In this document: piece after piece, positions 14,108 to 26,610 of the stretch
How positions within the stretch are numbered: the first letter of the stretch is position 1
Layout of the letters: each line of letters opens with the position of its first letter
Assembly: GCA_030390025.1 (NCBI GenBank)
Contig: JASTWF010000070.1
Span: 372,001 to 436,000 of the forward strand
Source of the DNA: Squalus acanthias
Taxonomy: Eukaryota
Length of the DNA: 64,000 nt
Reading direction: 5' to 3'
The notes under the pieces: generated by a model
What the model was told of the DNA's origin: nothing
Seen by the model: the letters and a program-made list of their open reading frames with translations, nothing else
Databases searched by the model: none
Program-made: the position numbers and the translations under genes

Positions 14108-14436
14108 TCAGTCGGAGCACGAGGAGGCGCTGATGGTCTTGAGAAGAGGCGAGCTCAGGGAGCCGTGGCTGACGCTGCAGGAATAGCTGGAGTCCTTGTT
14201 CCAGGCGGCGGCGGGGACTCTCAGGTAACTGCTCAGGCTGTAGGTTTGATCGCTGTCCGGGGACACGGCGCCTGTCGTCACCCCGCTGTCTGTCTCTTGG
14301 CCATCCACGCTCCAGCGGAGCCGCACCAAGCCCGGCTTAAAGCGACTGACCAGGCAGGACAGAGTGGCCGATCCCGAGCCGATTTCTTCCGATGAGGGAG
14401 GGAGAAGAAGAACCGAGGGGCTTCGATCCTCGCTGC
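14108..14436 (-). CDS. IgL: Ig light chain gene 1, constant (C1) exon
   Basis: Acceptor ACAG at 14437; in frame with J: SSEDRSPSVLLLPPSSEEIGSGSATLSCLVSRFKPGLVRLRWSVDG...YSCSVSHGSLSSPLLKTISASSCSD*. C-terminal interchain Cys; AATAAA at 13792-13797 (-). Confidence 0.95.
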
Positions 14437-17400
14437 CTGTGTGTGGGGGCAGGAAAATTCATTAGTTTATGGAATCCGTCAGCAGTGGGACGCTCTGATC
14501 TAAAATCAAAGACAAAGAACCCCCGAACAACATTCACTTTAAAATAAATTACTGATTAATACAGGAGTTCCAATAAATTCTTAAATCTCTAATTCCTCTG
14601 CTCCTCTGCCAATTCTTTTGCCTACATTACAAAATTTACTTGGTTCAAAAGTATTACATTGGCTATAAAGCGCTTTGGGACCTCCTGAGGTCGTGAAAGG
14701 AGCTGTAGAAATACAAGTCTTCCTTTCTTTCTTTGTCACTTTCCTTCAACAGAAAATGCTGGAAATACAGACCGGGTCAGTCAGCATGTGTGAGGTGGAA
14801 AGATCAGTAACTGACCAGTTTAGGTGCAGGTTACACCCCCGGAACCGCACTAACCTGTCTGTTCCCGTTACAGACACTGACCGACCGGCCGTGTATTCCC
14901 AGCATTTTCTGTTTTTATTTGATTTTCTATAATTGCAGGATTTTTCCTTTTTACTTGAATAAAATAAAGCTTTTGATTGTCTTAAAATGCGGTCAGTGTT
15001 TAAAGTGGTGAATTCAGGGAGCTGTGACCCGCTTTTCACCGAGAGTCCACATATGTTCTGATACCTCAAACTGATGCAGCCCTTTCAAAGAGCCGCCACA
15101 GGCACGATGGGCCGAATGGCCTCCTTCTGTGCTGCATCATTCTATAAGATTGCGGAAGTTTTTTTTACAATTCATATTTTTTTTAGAATTCCGAGTTAGA
15201 TTCTGATCAGCTTTAAATGTTGCGGCGATGATAATTGAGCCGGGTCAGTTACCAGGTATTGAAGAGCTCACTGAATAAAGAGAGGACATTGTACACGGGC
15301 TGAGAATTAATGTAGTGACTCTGCCTAACACTATTGTAAATTATTGTAAATTATTTATACAGAATTACACAGAATATACAGCACACAAGCAGTTAATTCG
15401 GCCCAACCAGTACATGCCGGTGTTTATGCTCCACTCGAGCCTCCTCCCATCCTTTCTCATCTAACTCTATCATCATAACCCTCCAAACCATTCTCCCTTA
15501 AATGCATCTATACTATTCCCCTCAACCACTCCCTGTGATATCGAGTTCCACATTCTCGCCACTCACAGGGTAAAGTATTTTATCCTGAATTACCTATTGG
15601 ATTTCTTTTTGACTGTCTTATATTGATGGTCTCTAGTTTTGCTCTTCCCCACAAGTGGAAACATTCTCTCTGTGTCTACTCTATCAAAACCTTTCATCAT
15701 TTTAAAGACCTCTATTCGGTCACCCCTCAGCCTTCTCTTTGATGAAGGTTTTTCACGTTTTAATATTTCTAGTAAAATGAGGAACAAGGATTGTAAAAAA
15801 TTCTTGCTGCAGAGGCAAGTAAGGATTCCTCCCCGCGCGGGTGAACTGATTTGTCTCTCGGGATCAGCTCAATCTCGCTGATCCCGGAGCGATCCGTTCA
15901 ACACTGGGCGGTAGCGGCACCCGACAGATCAACCCAGGAGAATCGGCGCTATCCCCGGGGGGACACTGGACAGGGAGAGTCAGCAGACACAGCCTGGGGG
16001 AGGGGAGAGGGTCAGCAGCGAGAGAATGAGGTGGAGAGAAAGTTCCCTTCAACAAGCATCACCCAGTCTCACTCACACACACGGGGCTGGTCAGTGATTG
16101 TCACTGCGCCGCTCCATGTTAAAGCGTGGGTTCTGCTCCATAAACAGCGGGGAGATTGCGGATAATAAACTCAGACAGATTAAATATCGCAGCACGAAAT
16201 TCAGAATAAAACCGGTCCCGTCAAACGAATACAAGCCCGACTAGTCCCAGTGTTGCTGGCGCCAGGGAGTCGATCCAACCGCTTGTGTGCTGGGACAGCG
16301 GGTCTCGGGAGGGTCCTCTCTCTCTCTCCCAGCCCAGAGCCGGACACCCGACGGCTGCGGTCAGGGGGACAATACGCCACAGGAATAAAACCAGCAGCAA
16401 TATTGAAAGTTGCAAATGACGATAATTGGGTTGGGGTTCCCCCGGGGGCTCTCCCGCCGGCTCCGGGCAATCTTTCTAAAATCGGGCGGTGTCGACTCTG
16501 GACAATAGGAATAAATACACATACACAAAGAGAAGAAGTGAGGGACAGCATAGAATCATACATAACAGAAGGAGGCCATTCTGCTCATCGTCCCAGTGCC
16601 GGCTGTTTGAAAGAGCTCTCCAATAAGTCCCACTCCCCTGCTCTTTCCCCAGAGCCCTGCAATTTTCTCCTTCTCTCAGTGTAACATAGTGACATATTCA
16701 GTGTCCACTGTCAGAACTTCACAGTGTAGCTCACAACTTTCCTCTCTCTTTCTCCCGAATGATACCGGCGCTTAGAGGGTTAAATTACGAGGCCGGGTTG
16801 CATAAACTTGGTTTGTATTCCCTTGAGTTTAGAAGATTCAGGGGTGATCTGATCGAGGTGTTTAAAATGTAAAAAAGGATTCGATCGGGTAAACACAGAA
16901 ATACGATTTCCTCTGGTGGGGGAATCAAGAACCAGGGGACATCAACTTAATATTAGAACCCGGCCATTTAGGAGGGAAGCACTTTTTCACACAGACTCGA
17001 GTGGCTGAATGGCCTCCTCCTGCTCCTCTGTCACCATTTTATCAATCAGTGCTCCTCTGAGGGCATTGAAACCATCGTGCCTGTGCCGGCTCTTTGAATA
17101 GAGCTATCCAATTATTCCCACTCCCCTGCTCTTTCCCCAAAGCCCTGCATTTATCCTTTTCAAGTATTTGTCCAATTCCCTTTTGAAAGTCAATATTGAA
17201 TCTGCTCCCACCGCCCTTTCAGGCAGCGCATTCCAGATCACAACAATTCGCTGCGTAAAAAGAACTCTTCTCCTCATCTCCCCTATTGTTAGGAGCATTA
17301 AATGGTGTCAAACTTCATTTCAGCTGAGTATTATTCCCCGAGGCGCTTCAACAATTCCAATGCTGATCAGTTTAACATTTTTTGGGTATAAATAGATCCA

Positions 17401-17508
17401 ACATCAAAATTCACTGAATGGAGATTTCTCTTCCGCCCGGGATTTAAAGCGACTGTAAATTAATAATAATTGAAACAATGTAAACGATAGAATGAGAGAG
17501 TCACTTAC

Positions 17509-17862
17509 TCTTTATACTCAGGGCGGTCCCCGGTCCGAAGATGAATCCCGAGTCCCAGACAGCACAGTAATAGACGGCGGAGTCACCGGGCACCAGGGTT
17601 CCGATGGTCAGAATGTAACTGTTACCGGAGGCGTCTCTGGAAGGTTGAAAACTGTCTGTGAAGCCGGTGCCTCGGTTGATGCTGCCCCCGGTACCGTGAT
17701 GGAGCACCCACACCGGAGCTTCCCCGGGTCGCTGTCGGTACCACCACACATCCTTGCTGCCCACAGCCCCGTTCTCCATCGCACACTGTAACCGGGCGGT
17801 CTGACCCGCGGAGACAGGATCGAATATTGGGGACTGATTGAGGACGGGAGCCGCCAGGACAC
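17509..17862 (-). CDS. IgL: Ig light chain gene 1, germline-joined VJ exon
   Basis: AG acceptor and GTAAGT donor; 354 bp open frame: VLAAPVLNQSPIFDPVSAGQTARLQCAMENGAVGSKDVWWYRQRPGEAPVWVL...DSAVYYCAVWDSGFIFGPGTALSIK. V runs straight into an FGxG J motif with no RSS. Resembles my recollection of shark NS5/type I V regions. Confidence 0.95.
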
Positions 17863-18014
17863 CTTCAATAAAAGAAAAAAATCAACCCATTCAGAGACTT
17901 GGAGCTAATAAGACGTTAATGCTTCAATAAACACGGAGAGAAAACCGCTCGATTCTCGGTATTGAACCGATTTAGTTGCAGATAAACCCGTGACTAAAAC
18001 CATCCGTCTCTCAC

Positions 18015-18063
18015 CTGTTAAATGGATCAGTAGAGCCCACAGGAGATGCATCGCTGGAGCCAT
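18015..18063 (-). CDS. IgL: Ig light chain gene 1 (type I/NS5-like, sigma-cart), leader exon
   Basis: ATG at 18063; MAPAMHLLWALLIHLT-G; 49 bp, phase-1 donor GTGAGA; lies just downstream of an octamer/TATA promoter. Confidence 0.92.
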
Positions 18064-18180
18064 TTCGTCCGGAGAAGCGCCAAAAGCCACCGCTCAAATT
18101 TCCGACTGAACCGTGCGCTGTTCCTGTAAACTCCGTGACCCGGTCCGGTTACAGTGTCTGCAAACCCGAGACTCCGGGTC

Positions 18181-18203
18181 TATTTAATACCCGGTATGCA
18201 AAT
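18181..18203 (-). promoter_or_regulatory. IgL gene 1 promoter: octamer ATTTGCAT plus TATA-like box
   Basis: ATGCAAAT on + at 18196-18203 (ATTTGCAT on the coding strand, the light-chain orientation); TATTAAATA just downstream; ~130 bp above the ATG. Confidence 0.85.
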
Positions 18204-19501
18204 GGCTGGGAGGGGCCAGGAAAAGGAAGGAGGCAGATTTTTAATGCGAGTATTTTTATTTAAATCTATTTGTGCCTGATTAAATTATTACAATCTTAAA
18301 CCTTTCATTTAAAAATGTTTAAACTCCAATTGGATTATCTGCTAAGTGAAAGTTCCAAGATTTCGAAGATTTTGGCGTTTAATTAATATTTAGTCTGCGT
18401 TCTACCCCAGAAAAATGAGGGGCGGATTGTAGGGATACGGAATCGTTCTGATAACGCGCTGTTACTCCGATATACTGCATCAGATTTTAAAATAATCTTT
18501 TCCCCCGAATATATATATTTCATAATAGACTGACGTCCCTTTCTCTAAATCAGCAGCAAGACAACCCTGAATTTGTCAATCCCTTTAAAATTGGTGTTTC
18601 AATTGAGAAATATGATTGTGCTTCAGTCTGAGAATACATTTCTGATGAGAATATTCATGAGGCGGAGTAAAGAGCGAATTAGATGAATGAGAAAGAGGGG
18701 ACGAAAGCGGCATTTTACACACTGCCCCGGATTAAAGAGAAGTTGTTCTATTATAGTCTGAGTCGCCCCATTTAAAACTCAGGAGGACAAATAAAACTCG
18801 GCACAATATTAATAAAATGACACCTTGCCTTTAATTTCCTGCGGGTCCGATTAATGCGCGCAGTTCCCGTTTTAAACCCTGTTCCAGTTGAATTATTAAG
18901 CGGCGGGGTCAGCTGTTTCTGGGGCTCTGTGATGTTGAACATTTCCCCTGTTTAGAGTCAATCCCGAACTCCCCACACTGAGTCTTGGTTCATGTTTTTA
19001 AAAGTCAGGTTGAAACTGGTTGGTGTCAGTTACTTGAGGGCGAAAGAAAATGCATTAAATTGTTAATAAATGGGTTGTCTCGAGATATTAGCGTCAAAGG
19101 AATAATATTTTGTTCCATAAATAAATATCTGAATTGTGTAACTGTGAAGTTAGATATTTCCCTGTTCCTTAGAAAAACACACACAGCGGCCGGAAGGATT
19201 CTCGCCCCCGGGAGTAGCCGACACTGAATTCGGGAAGGGATTGGATCTCACCTGGACAAGGGGCTTTTCGGTAAAGCCCAGGTGCTTGGTTCTGTTTCTG
19301 CGTTGGAACTGATCACTGATTCCTCTGGTCTGTTAAAATTATTAAAGGGGCTTTTGTGCTTTGAATGGAGCTGCTCGCACAACCTTGCACAGGTCCCCAG
19401 AGCTTTGTCACTGCTGACAGTGACACGGCTGACTGGAGAACCAATCATTGCAGAGCACTGGCCACGCAGCGCACTGCATCTTGGGAACTGTAGTTCCACA
19501 T

Positions 19502-21600
19502 AGAATGCAACAGTTATACATTCCTTTCTGGCGCAAATACACAAAAGGAAAAGCGGCCCAACCATGGCTAACAAAAGAAATTAAGGATAGTATTAGATCT
19601 AAAGAGGCTCATATAAAGTTGCCAGAAAAAGTAGCAAGGCTGAGGATTGGGAACATTTTAGAATTCAGCAAAAAGGGACCAAGAGATTGATTAAGAGGAG
19701 AAAAATAGAGTATGAGAGCAAAATTGCAAGGAACATAAAAGCAGACTGTAAAAGCGTCTACAATTATGTAAAAATAAAAAAGATTTGTGAAGACAAATTT
19801 AGGTCCCTTACAGTCAGAAACGGGAGAATTTATAATGAGTAACAAGGAAATGGAAAGCAACTAAACAAATACTTTTGTTCTGTCTTCACGGAAGAGGACA
19901 CAAATAACTTCCCAGAAATGCTAGGGAACGAAGGGTCTCATCAGAAGGAGGAATTAAAGGAAGTTAGTATTCGTAAAATAATAGCGCTGGGGAAATTAAT
20001 GGGACTGAAAGCTGATAAATCCCCAGGGCCTGATAATTTGCATTCCAGAGAACTAAAAGAGGTAGCCATGGAAATAGTGGATGCATTGTTTGTCATCTTC
20101 CAAAATTCTATAGATTATGGAATCGTTCCTGCAGATTGGAGGGTGGCAAATGTAACCCCACTATTGAAAAAAGATGAGAGAGAGAAAACAGGGAACAACA
20201 GACCGGTTAGCCGAACATCAGTAGTAGGGAAAATGCTAGAGTCTATTATAAAGGATGTGATAACCGGACAATTAGCAAATATCAATGGGATTAGACAAAG
20301 TCAACTGGATTTATGAAAGGGAAATCGTGTTTGACAAACCTACTGGAGGTTTTTGAGGATGTAACTGGTAGAATAGATTAGGGAAAACCAGTGGATGTGG
20401 TGTATTTGGATTTTCAGAAGGCCTTTGATAAAGTCTCACATAAGAGCTAATGTGTGCAGAATTAAAGCACGTGGAACTGGGGGTAATACACTGGCATGGA
20501 TAGAAAATTGGTTAACAGAGATGAATCAGAGAGTAGGAATAAATGGGTCTTTTTCGGGGTGGCAGGCAGTGACTAGTGGGGTACCTCAGGGATCAGTGCA
20601 TGGGCCCCAGCTATTCACAATATATATCAATGATTTGGATGAGGGAACCAAATGTAATATTTCCAAGTATGCTGACGACACGAAACTAGGTGGGATTGTG
20701 AGTTGTGAGGAGGATTTAAAGAGGCTTCAAGGCGATTTAGACAAGTTGAGTGAGTGGGCAAATACATGGCAGATGCAGGTGGATAAATGTGAAGTTATCC
20801 ACTTCGGTAGGAAAAACAGAAAGGCAGAGTATTATTTAAATGGTGATAGATTGGGAAATGTTGATGCAAAAAGGGACCTGGATGTCCTCGTACACCAGTC
20901 AATGAAAGCAAACATGCAGGTGCAGCAAGCAGTTAGGAAGGGAAATGGTATGTTGGCCTTCATTGCAAGAGGATTTGAGTAAAGGAACAAGGATGTCTTA
21001 CGACAGTTATACTGGGCCTTGGTGAGACCACACCTGGAGTACTGTGTGCAGTTTTGGTCTCCTTGTCTAAGAAAGGATATACTTGCCATAGAGGGAGTGC
21101 AGCGAAGGTCCACCAGACTGATTCCTGGGATGGCAGGGCTGTCGTATGAGAAGAGATTGGGTCGACTAGGCCTGTATTCATTAGAGTTTAGAAGAATGAG
21201 CGGGGATCTCATTGAAACGTATAAAATTCTGACAGGGCTAGACAGACTGGATGCAGGGAGGATGTTGCCCCTGGCTGGGAGGTCTAGAACGAGGGGTCAC
21301 AATCTCAGGATACGGGGTAGGACATTTAGGACTAAGATGAGGAGAAATTTCTTCACTCCGAGTGTGATGAACCTGTGGAATTCTCTACCACAGACAGCTG
21401 TGGAGGCCAAGTCACTGAATATACTTAAGAAGGAAATAGATAGATTTCTAGACACAAAAGGCATCAAGGGGTATGGGGTGAGAGCGGGAATATGTTATTG
21501 AGATAGAGGATCAGCCATGATCATATTGAATGGCAGAGCAGGCTCGATGGGCCGAATGGCATACTCCTGCTTCTATGTTTCTATGTTCCTATGTTTCTAT
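19502..21600 (+). mobile_element. CR1-clade LINE, 5'-truncated, degenerate
   Basis: RT fragments 19918-21501 (KSPGPDNLH, GVPQGSV, YADD); absent at the paralogous site near 63268. Confidence 0.93.
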
Positions 21601-21639
21601 GGCCAACAGCCAAGTCAGCGCATCTATTGAAACCACTAT

Positions 21640-22585
21640 GTCAGATCTACCTCACCACCACCTCTTTCGACATTCCACTGTCTCTAAAGTGTCACACTGC
21701 TTGTCCAACATCGAGCACTGGATGAGCAGAAATTTACAACAACTAAATATTGGGAAGACCGAAGCCATGGTCTTTGGTCCCCGGCACAAATTCCACACCC
21801 TCGCCACGGACTCCATCCCTCTCCCTGGCAGAACCAGACTGTTCACAACCTTGTTGTCATATCTGACCCTGAGATGATCTTCGGACCACATATCTGCACC
21901 ATAACTAATACTGCCTATTTCCACCTCTGTAACATCGCCCATCTGCGGCCTTGCCTCAGCTCATCTGCAGCTGAAACCCTCATCCGTGCCTTTATGACCT
22001 CTAGACTTGAATATTCCAAAGCACTTCTGTCCGGCTTCCCACATTCCAGCCTACTTAAACTTGAGGTCATCCAAAACTCGGCTGCCCGTGTCCTAATTCT
22101 AACCAATACCTGTTCAATGATCACCCCTGTGCTCGCTGAACTACATTGGCTCCCGTTTAGGCAACACCTCGATTTTAAATGTCTCATCCTTGTTTTCAAA
22201 TTCCTCCACGGCCTCACTATCCCTATCTCTGTAATTTAATCCAGTCCCAGAAACCTCCGAGATATCTGTGCTCCTCTAATTCTGGCCTATTGGACATCCC
22301 CAATTATAATATCTCAAACATTGCCGGCTGTGCTTTCAGCTGCCTGTACCCTCATCTCTGGAAATCCCTCCCTGAACCTCTCCACCTCCCCATCTTTCTC
22401 TCCTCCTCTAACACGCTCTTAAAACCTGCCTCTGTGACCAAGCTTTTGGTTATCTGCCCAAATATATCGTTAGTTCTTACGTGGCTTGGAGTAATTTTTT
22501 TTTCTGAAAATGCTCTTGTGAAGCACCTTGCGACATTTACTACGTTAAAAGTGCTGTATAAATACCAGTTGTTGTTGTTGTTGGA
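21640..22585 (+). mobile_element. L2-clade LINE 3' fragment
   Basis: ORF 21874-22239 AAETLIRAFMTSRLEYS...IQNSAARVL...ITPVLAELHWLP. Confidence 0.8.
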
Positions 22586-22769
22586 GTTGGATCGGGACTT
22601 AAGGCAGGACTCACAGCAAACAGCCTATTTTACAGCAAACACACCTTATTTGCACAGCAAACAGAGTTTATTTAAGCAGCGCAATGTAGCAAACAGTCTA
22701 CAGAGTCTATTTAAAAAGAGTCTGTACGAACTACAGCAAACAGAACTCATGACCCAAACTACAGCAACT

Positions 22770-22793
22770 CTCTCTCTCACTGTGTCTCTCTGA

Positions 22794-22827
<34 letters not shown>

Positions 22828-22870
22828 TTCCCTCTCTCTCTCTGTCTCTCTCTCTTTCTCACTCTCTCTG
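22770..22870. repeat. (CT)n microsatellite
   Basis: Seen directly. Confidence 0.9.
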
Positions 22871-23594
22871 ATAGCTCAGCGAACATGCGCAGGAAGTACA
22901 ATGAGACATAGTTTACAATTCTGCTTTGATATTGTGATTCACACACATCTAAAAACTTAATCATGATTCTAGAAACAAAATTTGGGGAATAAGCATCATT
23001 CTATCAACAATGTTCACGACAACAAATTTTTCAATTAAATGCAAGCAATGGTTGCACACAAAACCATCATGAAATAATAGAAAGGGGTGTTTCGGCCATC
23101 AGGTAATGAATGCTAACCATATCCATTGGATGTAAACCTTCCTTTACAAACGCCAGTGATGCTAACTAACACATTTCAGAAGAAAAGATCTCTGGAAATT
23201 TCTCCTTAACTCCCTTACACCATCAAGCAAGCTCCAGCAGAACATGGTTACCAACAATTCCAATTATACTTAATATACCTTCGACTGACTGCAATGTGTC
23301 ATTACTGGATATTTCTTAAATTGTGGAATAGAATAGTTTTCTGCAACACTTTCTATTGCACAAAGTGTAGCTTGTCTTTAAACACACGCATTCATTTATT
23401 GTGGATTGCATTTTAATCACAAGAACAATTTTTAGAAAACTTCTCCCAGGTATCATCGGAGTGGTTCAGGCCTTCCCAAGTACGGCCTGGTGTTGGTCGG
23501 TTCAGTAGTGAATGTTCTGTCTTCAAATGGCCTTGTGGTTGAAATCTCTGTTTGGAGAGTGTGCAATTCAGCAGTTACAGAATATAACTACCTC

Positions 23595-24000
23595 TGCTGC
23601 TCGCCTCTGACTCAGAAGGTAGTGGGTTCAAGTCCCACTCCAGAGGCTTGAGCACATAATCCAGGCTGATAACCCAGTGCCAGTACTGAGGGAGCGCTGC
23701 ACTGTCGGTGGTGCCGCCTTTCGGATGAGACGTTAAGCCGAGGGGCGATCTGCCCTCTCAGGTGGACGTAAAAGTTCCCAAAGCCACTATTTTGAAGAAG
23801 AGCTGGGGTTCAGCTGGTTAAAATTTATCCCTCAACCAACATCACTAAAACAGATTATCTGGAAACCATAACGTTGCTGTTTGTGGGAGCTTGCTGTGCG
23901 TAATATGGCCGCAGCGTTTCCTATATTACAATAGTGACTGCACTTTAAAAGTATTGCCTAGTTTGTAAGCGTTTTGGGACATCCTGAAATCTGGACTGGG
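23595..24000 (+). mobile_element. tRNA-derived Deu-like SINE
   Basis: Same head and core as the other SINE copies. Confidence 0.75.
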
Positions 24001-25877
24001 AGTTGGACCCACAAACTTCCGAGTCAAAAGGCGAGAGTGCTAGCAACTGCACCATTGCTAACACCTGAACACGCAGTGGTTTACTTATCCTAGTTCAGTG
24101 TGAATCACTACTGTACTCTGGGGAAGAACACGGTTTCCCAATCTTTTATTTCAGAAATATAACGGGCGTGAACAAAACCTCTCAAGAAATAAGCAAAATT
24201 AATGTACCATTAATCAATCAGTCCCGTTTACTTAATTAGCCTAAGGTAAGTTGGTCAAAATGCACACTGCTCCGAATGGTGTTGCCTGGTTTTAATATGC
24301 ACTGAATGGAAACTCGCGACACAGCGCCCCTAGCGGCCAACATAAATATCTACTAAAATCAAGAACTTCTTTGAGGGACCTGCTGGCCAATTAGGAGGTA
24401 GGATGTTTGGACACATATTTCTCATATCCAGCATCAGCAATCCTCTTCTCATTCAAAAAATCAGGACGGAATCTAATTGCAAAATAACAATTGATCAATT
24501 CCAGGGATGAGGGACTTCAGTTACGTGGATAGACTGGAGAAGCTGGGTTTGTTCTCCTCAGAGCAGAGAAGAATGAGAGTAGATTTGATAGAGGTGTTCA
24601 AAATCATGAGGGATCCAGGCAGAGTAGATGCAGAGAAATTGTTCCCATTGGCGGAAGGGTCGAGAACGAGAGGACAGAGATTTAAGGTGATTGGCAAAAG
24701 AAACAAAGCGACAGAAGGAAAACGTTTTTTACACAGCGAGTGGTTAGGATCTGGAATGCATTGCTTGAAAGGGTGGTGGAGGCAGACTCAATCAAAGCTT
24801 TCGAAAGGGAGTTGGATAAGTTCCTGAAAGAAATCTACGGGGAAAGGGCGGTGGGTGGGACTAGCTGAATTGTTCTTGCAGAGAGCCGGCACGGGCTCCA
24901 TCGGCCGAATGGCCTCCTTCTGTGCTGTAACCATTCTATGGTCCGATGATTCTAAACTTCGAGTGCCTTGTTCTATTTTAGGAAAACTTTTTTAAATTTG
25001 CTTGCAGGAAGTTTACAACAAACTGGCCACTAACTGGTGCTACAGTCATAGTCATAGAGTCATACAGCACAGAAGGAGGCCATTCGGCCCATCGAGTCCG
25101 TGCCGGCTCTCTGTAGAGCAATCCAGTCAGTCCCATTCCCCTGCTCTATCCCCATAGCTGTGCAAGTTTATTTCCCTCAAGTGCCTATCCAGTCTCCCCT
25201 TGAAAACATTGAGTGTCTCCGCTTCCACCACTTCCGTCGGCAGCGAATTCCAGGTCCTCACCACTCGCTGTGTAAAAAAAATTGTCCTCACATTCCCCTG
25301 TATCTCTTGCCCAAAACCTTAAATCTGTGACCCCAATCCTTGTAGCACCAACTAGTGGGAACAGCCTTTCCCCGTCTAGCCTATACAGTGCCACTAGTCA
25401 AGGCAAAAAGTGCAGGAAAATACGAGACCAGAACGTCCTGGTTGTTTAATGTTAGTTGCACACTGCCATCGTACTGATACACTGGATTATCTTTATAATA
25501 CGCCAAGCGGTGTTTGAAAAAGCAATACCTTCTACGTAAATCCTGGCGAGCGCAAAGCGATAGGAACATAGGAACAGGAAGAGGCCAATCAATGAGATCA
25601 CGTCTGATCTGTACCTTAACTCCATCTACCCGCGCTGGTTCCTTAACCCTTAATACCCTTACCCAATAAAAATCTATCAATCTCAGTTTTGAAATTTTCA
25701 ATTGACCCCCAGCCTCAACGCTTTTTGGGAGAGAGAGTTCCAGATTTCCACTGCACCTTTTGTGAAGAAGTGCTTCCTCACATCACCCCTGAACGGCCTG
25801 ACCCTAATTTAAGATTATGCCCCCTTGTTCTGGACTCCCCCCACCAGATGAAATATTTGCTCTCTGTCGAAAAGGAG

Positions 25878-26345
25878 TCAGCTGTGGCCGAGTTGCTAGC
25901 ACCCTCGCTTTTTGAGTCTTAAGGTTTTAGTTTCAAGTCCCACTCCAGAGACACTTGAGCCCAAAAATCTGGGCTGACATTCCAGTGCAGTATTGAGGGA
26001 GCGCTGCACTATCAGAGCTGCCGTCTTTCAGATGAGGCCTTACACTGAGGCCCTGTCTGCCCTATTAGGTTGACGCAAAAGATGCAATGACAATAATTCA
26101 AGGAAATGCAGGGGAGTTCACGCTGGAGTCCTGGCCAATATCTATCCCTCATCCAGCATCAATGAAAAACATACGATCTGGTCATTATCACATTGGTCTT
26201 TGTGGGAGTTTTGCTGTGTGCAAATTGTCTGTTGCGTTTCCTACATTACAACAGTGACTACACTTCAAAAAGTACGTCATTGGCTGTAAAGCGCTTTGGG
26301 ACGTCCAGTGTTGGTGAAAGGCGCTATATAAATGCAAGTCTTTTT
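25878..26345 (+). mobile_element. tRNA-derived Deu-like SINE, full length
   Basis: Head, core and tail ending GGCGCTATATAAATGCAAGTCTTT. Confidence 0.78.
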
Positions 26346-26384
26346 ATTTTCTATCAACTTTAATCATCTTAAGCTCCTTAGTTT

Positions 26385-26610
26385 GAGATAGTTTAGGTGT
26401 TTGTTGAGAGTCTCTGTGGCTTAACATTGCAAGTAAAATGACTGTTTCCGCCTGCTGTGGATTCTTTCGTAAATCTAATGGATCCCATTCGAGTTCGCGT
26501 CTCTTCCCCGCCTTCTTTTTTGATGACATTTTCAATGCAGCAAAATCCGCCGATGTGTCGAGTCTGGTCACGCAGGCCTCCCCGAGCCTGGAAAACATAT
26601 TAAAACAAGG
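26385..26610 (-). pseudogene. Relic copy of the gene A terminal (ITIM) exon and 3'UTR
   Basis: Reverse complement aligns with 38113-38345 (shares GACCAGA...TTTGCTGC...GTCATCAAAAAAGAAGGCGGG and CTAAACTATCT); acceptor CTCAG changed to CTCGG; Tyr codon lost. Confidence 0.75.

Noticed and set aside
16221-16415. Signal-peptide-like ORF in the IgL intron (LLLVLFLWRIVP...; paralog 60051-60245)
   Set aside because: Starts at TTG in copy 1, and the frame diverges between copies after the (CT)n run; no donor or downstream domain found.
16720-16750. CACAGTG heptamer in the J-C intron (also ~60446)
   Set aside because: No ACAAAAACC-like nonamer at 12 or 23 bp spacing and no adjacent coding segment; not an RSS.
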